Positions 29,648 through 37,897 of a stretch of 64,000 nucleotides of DNA are shown here, in pieces. The notes under the pieces are model-generated. The model was not told the origin of the DNA, did no database searches, and worked only from the letters and a program-made list of their open reading frames with translations. Source of the DNA: Bacilli bacterium (lineage in GTDB: Bacteria; Bacillota_I; Bacilli_A; RFN20; CAG-288); contig JALCRV010000011.1 of NCBI GenBank assembly GCA_022652945.1, forward strand, positions 6,297 to 70,296, given 5' to 3'. A program made the translations under genes and the position numbers. Within the stretch, counting starts at the first letter, position 1. The number at the start of each line of letters is the position of its first letter.

Positions 29648-29825
29648 TTAGGTTAATCAAGTTTGATTAAATCCTTTCAAAAATTGATATACATCATCGA
29701 TTATGAACGTGGTTAAGGACTTTGAAAACAATTAAGTTCTTAAATTGTGATTTAAATGTGCCTTTTAGGTTATTGTCAATTCGCTTACATTGGCCTAAAA
29801 TAAATTAAGAAAAGGGGGACATCTT

Positions 29826-30164
29826 ATGGAAAATGCCTCGAAAGTCATGTATAAGATTGCGAATGTGTTTAACTGGATTATTGCGGTCTTAGGTATCTTA
29901 GTTATCGTTTTGTCGATTCTTGGTGGGACAGGGGTTATTCAGCAGACGGAGCAAAATAATGCTGGCTGGAATACTTTGTGGCTTGGTATTTATCTGCTCG
30001 TTTTTGCGATTGTCTTGATTGTCTTAACCAGGATGGCTTATAAGAAAAACTCCGGCCAAGGTTGGGATATCCTCTTCATCGTCTTCGGTTTCTTTGAAGG
30101 AAATATCTTCTATCTGCTCGGTGGAATCTTCGGTTTAGTTGCCGCTTCGGAAAGAAAACAATAA
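29826..30164 (+). CDS. Small multi-TM membrane protein
   Basis: 112 aa, 3-4 hydrophobic helices, RBS AAAGGGGG. Confidence 0.8.
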   Translation: MENASKVMYKIANVFNWIIAVLGILVIVLSILGGTGVIQQTEQNNAGWNTLWLGIYLLVFAIVLIVLTRMAYKKNSGQGWDILFIVFGFFEGNIFYLLGGIFGLVAASERKQ

Positions 30165-30257
30165 CAATTTAAGAGCGCTGAGGGGGAATCGATTGATTCT
30201 CTCTTTTTATTTGTTATTTTTGATTGTTGTTTTATTTCTTGATTGATTAAAAGCCAT

Positions 30258-30920
30258 TTACTTTAAGAGAAACTTATTCTTCTTATATTCTATAAGTCCT
30301 TCTTTCGCCATGGAACTTAAAAGGCGCGATAAAGAAGAACGGTCGCAGCACAGAAAAGAAGCCATTTCCTCCCTTGAAAAAGGAATCGAAAAATATTCAT
30401 TCTTTTTTCCATGGGCTAAACTGAAAAGGAAAGAAAGGACTTTACCTTTCAGACCTTTTTCAGCTAAAACATTAAGCTTATCTTTCATTAACAGATCCTT
30501 ATCCGCCAAGAGAATCACTAAGCGAGTAATGACCATTTGACTATATTTACAATCAAGCTTTTTTAAAACTGCTTTTAAATTCAAAGCCAAGGCGGAGCCG
30601 TCTTCTTTAACTAAGGCGCTAACTCCATAATTCATCTTTTCTTTGATAGCGTACGCTTCTCCTAATGAATCCCCAGGCTTAAAGCTCTCGAGAATATTCA
30701 AATCACCTTTTGAAGAATACCTGACTAAATCGATCTTGCCTTCTAGTAAAAGAAAAGCCAGCTCGGCTTTTTCTCCTTCCTCGAAAAGAAAAGTATCCTT
30801 TTTTAAAAGAAGCTTTTTGGCATTAAGACACGAAAGAGCCTTATTAAGGTCAAGAAGAGAAAAGCCTTGGAATAAGGGATTCAAGAGAAGTATCTTCAAC
30901 TCCGAAGCAGTGAAATCCAT
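30258..30920 (-). CDS. Crp/Fnr-family regulator (HcpR-like by context)
   Basis: cNMP domain (LLEG.I.L, GDSLGE) and HTH SREEMASFLCCDRSSLSRLLS.M.KEGLI. Confidence 0.92.
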   Translation of the reverse strand: MDFTASELKILLLNPLFQGFSLLDLNKALSCLNAKKLLLKKDTFLFEEGEKAELAFLLLEGKIDLVRYSSKGDLNILESFKPGDSLGEAYAIKEKMNYGVSALVKEDGSALALNLKAVLKKLDCKYSQMVITRLVILLADKDLLMKDKLNVLAEKGLKGKVLSFLFSLAHGKKNEYFSIPFSREEMASFLCCDRSSLSRLLSSMAKEGLIEYKKNKFLLK

Positions 30921-30936
30921 GTTGCAATTGCAACAT
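30919..30936. promoter_or_regulatory. Perfect 18-bp palindrome, probable Crp/Fnr operator
   Basis: ATGTTGCAATTGCAACAT between the divergent regulator and DUF488/cupin genes. Confidence 0.8.
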
Positions 30937-30982
30937 ACATTCTATCACCTTTGACTTATCTTAAATAAAAGGAGGTCAGAAC

Positions 30983-31396
30983 GTGCTTATTAGTTTACTT
31001 TCCGCCTACCAGATCAGCGCGGAAGAATTCTTTGAGAAGATTAACTTAGCAAAGGCCGACCTGGTCTTAGATGTCCGCCTCTCAAATAAAAACCAGTTGG
31101 CCGGATTTACTAAGGAAGATACCTTAGCTTATTTGGTCCCGCGTTTAAGTAAGGCTTCTTACATTTACGATCCGTTTTTCGCCCCGGAGAAGGGACTGCT
31201 ATCAGATTATTTAGCGGGAAAGATCGATTTTGCTCAATTTAGTAAGTCCTATCTAAAAGCCCTGGATCAAAAAGGTGGAAAGCAGATCTTTAAAGAAAGA
31301 TACTCTTCTTATAATTCGATAGTCCTCATCGGGGCCATGACTAAAAAAAGACATTCGCATGTTGAAGCCTTAAAGGCTTACTTGGAGGAAAAATAA
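30983..31396 (+). CDS. DUF488-family protein
   Basis: SAEEFF..I......VLDVRL.N..QLAGFTK..L.Y, FAP; GTG start with AGGAGG. Confidence 0.75.
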   Translation: MLISLLSAYQISAEEFFEKINLAKADLVLDVRLSNKNQLAGFTKEDTLAYLVPRLSKASYIYDPFFAPEKGLLSDYLAGKIDFAQFSKSYLKALDQKGGKQIFKERYSSYNSIVLIGAMTKKRHSHVEALKAYLEEK

Positions 31397-31397
31397 C

Positions 31398-31739
31398 ATG
31401 AAAGAAACGAAAATTATTCAAAATATGGAAGAAAAGAAAGCCCAGTCTTTAAAAGACTTGATTACCGTGCAAGCTGGTTCGATCGTTAGCAAAATCCTAT
31501 TTCAAAACGAGGCTGTCTCTTTAACCTTGTTCTCCTTTGGAGAAGGGCAGGAAATCTCCACCCATCAGTCCGATGGGGATGCCTTAGTTCAAGTTTTAGA
31601 AGGGGAAGGTGTATTTACCATCGACGGGGAAAGACATATCGTAAAAGAAGGGGAAAGCATTCTGATGCCCCATAACCATCCTCACGCTTTAAAAGCCGAA
31701 AAGGATTTCAAGATGCTACTGACCGTGGTCTTCGCATAG
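31398..31739 (+). CDS. Cupin-domain protein
   Basis: LFSFGEGQEISTH..GDALVQVLEG, MPHNHPHAL.A..FKMLL. Confidence 0.9.
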   Translation: MKETKIIQNMEEKKAQSLKDLITVQAGSIVSKILFQNEAVSLTLFSFGEGQEISTHQSDGDALVQVLEGEGVFTIDGERHIVKEGESILMPHNHPHALKAEKDFKMLLTVVFA

Positions 31740-31789
31740 GTAAGATATTTCCCGCTTCATTATCTTTCGAATCTTAAAGGACTTTTAAG

Positions 31790-31805
31790 TGATAAGCGCT
31801 TTTCA
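31790..31805. promoter_or_regulatory. LacI/CcpA-like palindrome upstream of the tocopherol-cyclase-like gene
   Basis: TGATAAGCGCTTTTCA. Confidence 0.4.
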
Positions 31806-31850
31806 ATGAAGAAGATTTTGATTTATATTTAAGTGAAGAAGGAAAAGAAC

Positions 31851-32987
31851 ATGAATCAAGGAAGCGATATCTCTAGAGATGCCTTTATGTTAAAAGGGGT
31901 GCTAAGCAAAGAAGGCTACGACTGGTGGTGGCATTCTTTCACCGCCCATAACAAAAAGACGGGAGAAGAAAAAGCTTTCTTTATCGAATTCTTCTTAATC
32001 AATCCCGCTCTAGGTGGGGATAAGCCTCTTTTTGGCCTGGTTGACGGGAAAGAGGGACACTCTCCCTCCTATCTGATGGTCAATGTCGGGACCTGGGGCG
32101 AAAAAGCCCTGCAGCTTCACCGTTTCTTCGGCTGGTCTAAAGTCAAGGTTGCCAAAGGAGTCCCTTTTCAAATCGAAGCTGATGATTGCTTCTTAAATGA
32201 AGAAGAAACCCGTGGTAGAGTGGAGGTCGATGAGAAAGAAAATAAAAAGCATCCGGAATGGTTCTCCGATTCAGGTACCCTTATCTGGGATTTAAAGATC
32301 CATAAGCTGATTCCTTATAACGTCGGCTACGGAGCCTCGAAGCTTTTAAGGGATGCGGCAGCCTTCCAGATGTACTGGCATGCGGAAGGGATGAAAACTG
32401 AATTCGAAGGAACCCTTAAACTTGATGGGGAAGAATACGTAGTCGAAAGAAAAAACAGCTACGGATACGCCGATAAAAACTGGGGCAAGGATTTCACCTC
32501 TCCGTGGCTTTGGCTAGCCTCCTCTCATCTAATCAGCAAAAAGACCGGTAAGGAACTGACCTCCTCCGCTTTTGATATCGGTGGAGGACGCCCGAAGATC
32601 GGGACGATCGCCTTAGATCGTAAACTGCTCGGGATGTTTAACTATGAAGGCAAGGAATACGAATTCAATTTCTCCAAGTTCTGGACGCACACCAAGACCA
32701 AATTCTCCTTTAGGGAGACAAACGAGGAAGCTATCTGGCATGTCGAACAGGAAAACCTGCTTTCGAAAATGGTGAGCGATATCGTCTGCCTAAAAAAAGG
32801 AATGATCTTAATAAGATATGAATCTCCGGATGGGAAAATGCTCCATAAGCATCTGAATAACGGGGGAAATGGGAAAGGTACTATTAAGCTATATCAGAAG
32901 AAAGTCGGTAAACTTATCCTCATTGATGAAATCACCGCCTTAAATGTGGGCTGCGAATACGGGGAATACGAAGAAGAGAAGAAATAA
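31851..32987 (+). CDS. Tocopherol cyclase-family (lipocalin/CrtC-like) protein
   Basis: GYDWWWHSF, FQMYWHAEGM, YGYADKNWGKDF.SPW.W, GCEYGEY. Confidence 0.8.
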   Translation: MNQGSDISRDAFMLKGVLSKEGYDWWWHSFTAHNKKTGEEKAFFIEFFLINPALGGDKPLFGLVDGKEGHSPSYLMVNVGTWGEKALQLHRFFGWSKVKVAKGVPFQIEADDCFLNEEETRGRVEVDEKENKKHPEWFSDSGTLIWDLKIHKLIPYNVGYGASKLLRDAAAFQMYWHAEGMKTEFEGTLKLDGEEYVVERKNSYGYADKNWGKDFTSPWLWLASSHLISKKTGKELTSSAFDIGGGRPKIGTIALDRKLLGMFNYEGKEYEFNFSKFWTHTKTKFSFRETNEEAIWHVEQENLLSKMVSDIVCLKKGMILIRYESPDGKMLHKHLNNGGNGKGTIKLYQKKVGKLILIDEITALNVGCEYGEYEEEKK

Positions 32988-33100
32988 AAGAGTATGGTTT
33001 GTTTTTCGTAATTTTGTTAGAGATTAAAACGAATCTTGGGTGAAATATCGTCTTACCGAAATCCTCATGTTAAAATGGAAAGCGGAAGGAAAAATAAAAA

Positions 33101-33778
33101 ATGGACAAATTCCGTGTAATTGAAGTTAAAGAAAGCGTTTTAGCCGATAACGACAAAACAGCTGCCCAAGTAAGAAAAGCCCTAAAAGAGAAAAATGTCT
33201 TCCTCATCAATCTGATGTCCTCCCCGGGAAGCGGGAAGACAACTTTGCTCGTGGCCTTACTTAATCTTTTAAAGAGCAAATTAAAGATCGGCGTGATGGA
33301 AGCCGATATCGACGCCACGGTCGATGCTAAAACCATCGAAGAAAAAACCGGAGTCAAGACTATTCAGCTTCACACCTGCGGAGAATGTCACTTGGATGCC
33401 AAGATGACTAAAGAAGGCCTTGAAGGCTTCGGGGTGGAAGGCTTGGATCTGGTGATTCTGGAAAATGTCGGTAACCTCGTCTGCCCGGCGGAATTCGATA
33501 TCGGAGCTAGCCTTCCGATGACGATTCTTTCCGTCCCCGAAGGCGATGATAAACCTTTAAAGTATCCTTTGATGTTTAAAGTCTCCCATTGCTTCGTCTT
33601 TTCCAAAATCGATGCGGCTTCCTACTTTAATTTCGATATCAAGAAAGCTGAAGAAAGTATTTTAAGACTTAATAAAGATGCCGTCTTCTTCCCTTTGTCA
33701 GCTAAAACTGGGGAAGGGGTGGAGGCCTTAGCTGATTATATTTATTCGGAAGTGAAGAAATATCAGGCTCATAAATAG
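33101..33778 (+). CDS. hypB: Nickel-insertion GTPase HypB
   Basis: SSPGSGKTT, metal-binding CHLDA, ENVGNLVCPAEFD, EGDDKPLKYP, SAKTGEG. Confidence 0.95.
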   Translation: MDKFRVIEVKESVLADNDKTAAQVRKALKEKNVFLINLMSSPGSGKTTLLVALLNLLKSKLKIGVMEADIDATVDAKTIEEKTGVKTIQLHTCGECHLDAKMTKEGLEGFGVEGLDLVILENVGNLVCPAEFDIGASLPMTILSVPEGDDKPLKYPLMFKVSHCFVFSKIDAASYFNFDIKKAEESILRLNKDAVFFPLSAKTGEGVEALADYIYSEVKKYQAHK

Positions 33779-33795
33779 AAAGGACCTGCAAAAAT

Positions 33796-36648
33796 ATGTC
33801 AGATGAGAAATTAAGAACGGATGATCAGCATTTCGCGGAGGCTAAATACGCTTCTGGGAAAAAGAAGAACTCATTGCCCGAGGGAGAAAAACCCCGCAAA
33901 TGGATTTTAAAGGTCTGCAACCATATCCAGGATCTTCCCGGCGTCCACGTTATACCCGGAGATCCGGAATATAACGCTTTAGCTTCCTGCATCGAAGATG
34001 AGGAATGCAAAGTCGTCTTGAAGATGAAGCTTATGAAGCATTACTCTTTAGGGACTTTGATGAAAATGACCAAGCTTCAGGCAGATAAATTACAAGAGAT
34101 GCTGAAGCATATGTGCTACGTCGGTCTTTTATGCTTCGATCCAGTCGATCCGGAAGTGGAGCTGGGAGGAGACGGGAAAAAGCAAGCTGGCTACTGGTAT
34201 ACCATTTTTGTCCCTGGCATTTTAGAGGCGATGGTCAACAATGTCGCTAACGTTGAAAAACATCCGATTATCGCTCAGTCCTTCTCTGAATACACGATTA
34301 AAAGAATCATCCCTTTAGCCGGTAATCTTCCGACTGGAAGAGGTGTTATGCGTGTCATCCCGATTGAGTCGGCGATTAAAGATGACCCGAAGCATACTAA
34401 GGCCGAAGAGATTTCCCATTACGTTGATTCCGCTACCGATATCTCGGTTGCGGCTTGCTCCTGCCGTGTTTCTAGAAGATTGATGAATGAAGGCTGCGGA
34501 CATCTTGAGCAGGATATGTGCCTGCAGTTTAATGAAGCGGCCAGAGATTTTATCGAGACGGGCAGGGGAAGAAGAATCAGCAAGGAAGAGGCCAATGCGA
34601 TTATCAAAAAGGCCGAAGATAATGGTCTGATGCACGAAACCCCGAATATCGATGGGGACGGGAAGACCCACGCGCTTTGTAACTGCTGCGGTTGTTCCTG
34701 CTTCTCTTTAAGAACCGGGGAGTATTTCCACACTTCGACTTTAATCCGCAGCAACTACATTTCTCATGTCGACCCTGAAAAATGCGTGGCTTGCGGGGAG
34801 TGCGTCGAAGTCTGCCCGATGAACGCTTTACGCTTAGGGGAAAGGCTGGAAAATAAAAAGCCGGTCATGGTTAAAGTCCCTCAGTCCGCTTACGATTATA
34901 AATGGGGTCCGGAGAAATGGAATCCGGATTTCCGTTTCAACCGTAAATACGTCATGGAAGAAAGCGGTACGGCGCCTTGTAAGGTCGCTTGCCCGGCTCA
35001 TATCGCGATCGAAGGTTATATCGCTTTAGCTAAAGAAGGACGCTATGAAGAGGCTCTAGAACTGATTAAGAAAAAGAACCCGTTCCCGGCGGTTTGCGGG
35101 CGTGTATGCAATAAACGCTGCGAGGATGCCTGCACCCGTTGCACCCTCGGGGATAAGCTTCCGGTCTCAATCGACGAAATCAAAAAGTTCGTCGCGGAAC
35201 TGGATATGGATAAGTCTAAACGTCCCTTACCTAAGATACAGCATCCGGAATATGCCTCTCATAAGATGGCGATTATCGGGGCGGGGCCGGCGGGACTTTC
35301 CTGCGCTTACTATCTGGCGGTTATGGGTTATAAGGTCACGGCCTTTGAAAAAGAGAAGATGCTTGGCGGCATGCTGACGATGGGCATCCCTTCTTTCCGT
35401 CTCTCTAAAGAAGTTGTCAATGCGGAAATCGATGTCTTAAAAGATCTCGGAGTGGAGTTTAAGACCGGTATCGAAGTCGGTAAGGACGTGACGATTGAAC
35501 AGTTAAGAAAAGAAGGCTACGAAGCCTTCTATGTCGCCATCGGCGCCCAGGGCGGAAGAAAACTTATGGTCCCGGGTGAGGAGGCGGAAGGTGTGATTTC
35601 CGGTATTGATTTCTTAAGGGAAGTCAATCTAGGAAAGGCGAAGAAACTGAAGGGCCACGTCGTTTTGATGGGCGGAGGAAATGTCGCGATTGATGTAGCG
35701 AGAACCGCTGTTAGATGGGGTGGAGAAAAAGTCGATCTGTACTGCTTAGAGACCCCGGAGATTATGACCGCGGGGAAAGAAGAAATCGAAGAAGCCAAGA
35801 AGGAAGGCATCTCGATCAATAACGGCTGGGGTGTTAAAGAATTCCACGCCAAAGACGGAAAATTGTTCGAGGTTGTCCTGAAGAAATGCACTTCGGTCTT
35901 TGATCAAGACCATAAATTCAATCCGACTTACGATGAAAGCCAGACTCAGACTGTGCAATGCGATTACTTCCTCTCCGCAATCGGCCAGTCCTTCCTCTGG
36001 GGCGATTTGCTTAAAGGGACGAAGGCTGTGGTCAGCCATGGAAGATTAGAGGCTGATCCTCTGACTTACCAGACCGGGGAGAAAGATATCTTCACCGGCG
36101 GAGATTGTTATCATGGGACCAGGTTTGCGATCGATGCGATCGCCACGGGGCAGGAAGGAGCAGAATCCATGCACCGTTACGTCCATAAAGGACAGTCTTT
36201 ACTGATCGGACGTGTCCAGAATCCGTATTTAGCTAAGTACGAACTTGATAAAGATAACATCATCGTCGAAGGCTGGGATAATACTCCTCGTCAGGAACCT
36301 GAAAGGATGAAAGTCAAAAACCCGATGACTGATGATCGGGTCATCTTCTCAGAAGAGCAGATTAAGAAAGAATGTTCACGCTGCTTAAGATGCGGAAGAA
36401 CTTACGTCGATGAGACCATGTGCGTCGGCTGCGGGCTTTGCACCACCCGCTGCAAGTTCGATGCGATCCATCTCGAACGCCGCTTCGAGGCGAAGGGGAC
36501 TAATTATAAGAACATTTCTTCCTCTTCGATTCCGCATATCCTGACCCGTAACCTGAAGATTGTCTTCACGGGGAAAGGAAAGCAGAAATACATCGCGAAA
36601 GACGAGATTGTTAAGCACGAAGAAGAAAAGAAAGAGACCATCAAGTAA
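33796..36648 (+). CDS. Multi-Fe-S, FAD-dependent NAD(P)H oxidoreductase (GltD/DPD-like core plus Cys-rich N-terminal domain)
   Basis: CSCR, CNCCGCSC, CxxCxxCxxxCP, APC..ACP, CGRVC...CE..C, GAGPAG, GGGNVA.D, C-terminal CLRC and CxxCxxCxxxC. Confidence 0.9.
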   Translation: MSDEKLRTDDQHFAEAKYASGKKKNSLPEGEKPRKWILKVCNHIQDLPGVHVIPGDPEYNALASCIEDEECKVVLKMKLMKHYSLGTLMKMTKLQADKLQEMLKHMCYVGLLCFDPVDPEVELGGDGKKQAGYWYTIFVPGILEAMVNNVANVEKHPIIAQSFSEYTIKRIIPLAGNLPTGRGVMRVIPIESAIKDDPKHTKAEEISHYVDSATDISVAACSCRVSRRLMNEGCGHLEQDMCLQFNEAARDFIETGRGRRISKEEANAIIKKAEDNGLMHETPNIDGDGKTHALCNCCGCSCFSLRTGEYFHTSTLIRSNYISHVDPEKCVACGECVEVCPMNALRLGERLENKKPVMVKVPQSAYDYKWGPEKWNPDFRFNRKYVMEESGTAPCKVACPAHIAIEGYIALAKEGRYEEALELIKKKNPFPAVCGRVCNKRCEDACTRCTLGDKLPVSIDEIKKFVAELDMDKSKRPLPKIQHPEYASHKMAIIGAGPAGLSCAYYLAVMGYKVTAFEKEKMLGGMLTMGIPSFRLSKEVVNAEIDVLKDLGVEFKTGIEVGKDVTIEQLRKEGYEAFYVAIGAQGGRKLMVPGEEAEGVISGIDFLREVNLGKAKKLKGHVVLMGGGNVAIDVARTAVRWGGEKVDLYCLETPEIMTAGKEEIEEAKKEGISINNGWGVKEFHAKDGKLFEVVLKKCTSVFDQDHKFNPTYDESQTQTVQCDYFLSAIGQSFLWGDLLKGTKAVVSHGRLEADPLTYQTGEKDIFTGGDCYHGTRFAIDAIATGQEGAESMHRYVHKGQSLLIGRVQNPYLAKYELDKDNIIVEGWDNTPRQEPERMKVKNPMTDDRVIFSEEQIKKECSRCLRCGRTYVDETMCVGCGLCTTRCKFDAIHLERRFEAKGTNYKNISSSSIPHILTRNLKIVFTGKGKQKYIAKDEIVKHEEEKKETIK

Positions 36649-36653
36649 CTCTT

Positions 36654-36998
36654 ATGCATGAGATGGGCATCGTCTTTTCTCTGATGGATACTCTCCGTTC
36701 CGTGATGAAAGACAATAACGTAACGGAGTTGAAATCCGTGACTTTAGAAGTCGGGGAAGCTTCTTTAGTGGTCCCCAGGTTCATGGAAGAATGCTGGGAT
36801 GCTGCCAAAAGAAAAAGCGAATTCGCTGCTACCGACTTAAAAATCGTCATCGTCAAGGCGGAAGGAAGATGCAACCGCTGCGGAAAAATATTCCTGATTT
36901 CCGATAATAAAAGAATCTGCCCGCACTGCGGGGCGGCGGATGAATTCGTAACCGTGAGCGGCACGGAACTGAATATTAAGGAAATCGAAGCGGCTTAG
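36654..36998 (+). CDS. hypA: Nickel metallochaperone HypA
   Basis: N-terminal MHE Ni motif, CNRC and CPHC Zn motifs, G.EL.IKEIE. Confidence 0.95.
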   Translation: MHEMGIVFSLMDTLRSVMKDNNVTELKSVTLEVGEASLVVPRFMEECWDAAKRKSEFAATDLKIVIVKAEGRCNRCGKIFLISDNKRICPHCGAADEFVTVSGTELNIKEIEAA

Positions 36999-37012
36999 TT
37001 ATTATTGAGACT

Positions 37013-37041
37013 GAGAAGCGAGTTCCATCTCGCTTCTTTTT
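37013..37041 (+). terminator. Rho-independent terminator after hypA
   Basis: AGAAGCGAG-TTCCAT-CTCGCTTCT followed by T-tract. Confidence 0.8.
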
Positions 37042-37189
37042 ATTGGACTGATTTCCTTAAATTTAATGGGGAGGGAAGACATCATTCCTATTTTGGGATT
37101 TTAGGACATAAAAGATGGAAACCTCGTTAAAAGGCTGAAGAAGAGAAAAAGCATCTTCATTTTTCCCGATTTCGGATATAATGATTTCA

Positions 37190-37897
37190 ATGAATAACGA
37201 GTACTGCATTTATTCGATTGAGGATGACGCGGAAATCGCGGATATTATCTGCCTCGCTTTACGTGGGCAGGGTTTTGACGTAACTAATTTCCCGACCGGG
37301 GAAGATTTCTTGAAAGCCATGGAGGGAAGTAAGAAACCTAACATGATCCTTCTTGATCTGATGCTTCCGGGAATCCAGGGGAGAGATATCTTAAAAGCCC
37401 TCCGCTCTAATCCGCAGAATCAGAATATCGTCATTATCATCGTCTCCGCTAAGTCCTTAGTCGGGGATAAGATCGATGTGCTGAATCTCGGAGCTGATGA
37501 TTATATTCCTAAGCCTTTTGATATCAATGAATTCATCTCGAGGATCAATGCCCATTACCGTAGACATATCCAGGCGGAGAATAAGACCGTCACCTTGCAG
37601 ATAGGTGAATTCCTGATTGACTTAGATAATAAGACTTTGAAAAAAGATGATGTCCTGCTGGATCTTACCCCGAGTGAATACGAGATTGCGGAGATGCTTT
37701 TCACCTCGAAAGGCTCCATCGTCCCCAAAAGCGCCATCGCCGAAAAACTTTACGGGAAGACTATATCCCCGGAAAAACAGAAAAAACAATTCCGGACGAT
37801 CGATATGCATGTTAAAGATCTCCGCCAGAAACTTGGGGAGAGCGGAAAAGGCTTGATTAAAACCGTCTTTGGCAACGGTTATACGATTGAAGGATGA
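37190..37897 (+). CDS. OmpR/PhoB-family response regulator
   Basis: IEDD, LLDLMLPG, GADDYIPKPF, winged helix RTIDMHV.DLRQKL, TVFGNGY. Confidence 0.93.
   Translation: MNNEYCIYSIEDDAEIADIICLALRGQGFDVTNFPTGEDFLKAMEGSKKPNMILLDLMLPGIQGRDILKALRSNPQNQNIVIIIVSAKSLVGDKIDVLNLGADDYIPKPFDINEFISRINAHYRRHIQAENKTVTLQIGEFLIDLDNKTLKKDDVLLDLTPSEYEIAEMLFTSKGSIVPKSAIAEKLYGKTISPEKQKKQFRTIDMHVKDLRQKLGESGKGLIKTVFGNGYTIEG

Noticed and set aside
33101-36998. [NiFe]- or [FeFe]-hydrogenase locus
   Set aside because: No large-subunit RxCxxC/DPCxxC motifs, no H-cluster motifs and no hypCDEF or hydEFG in the window
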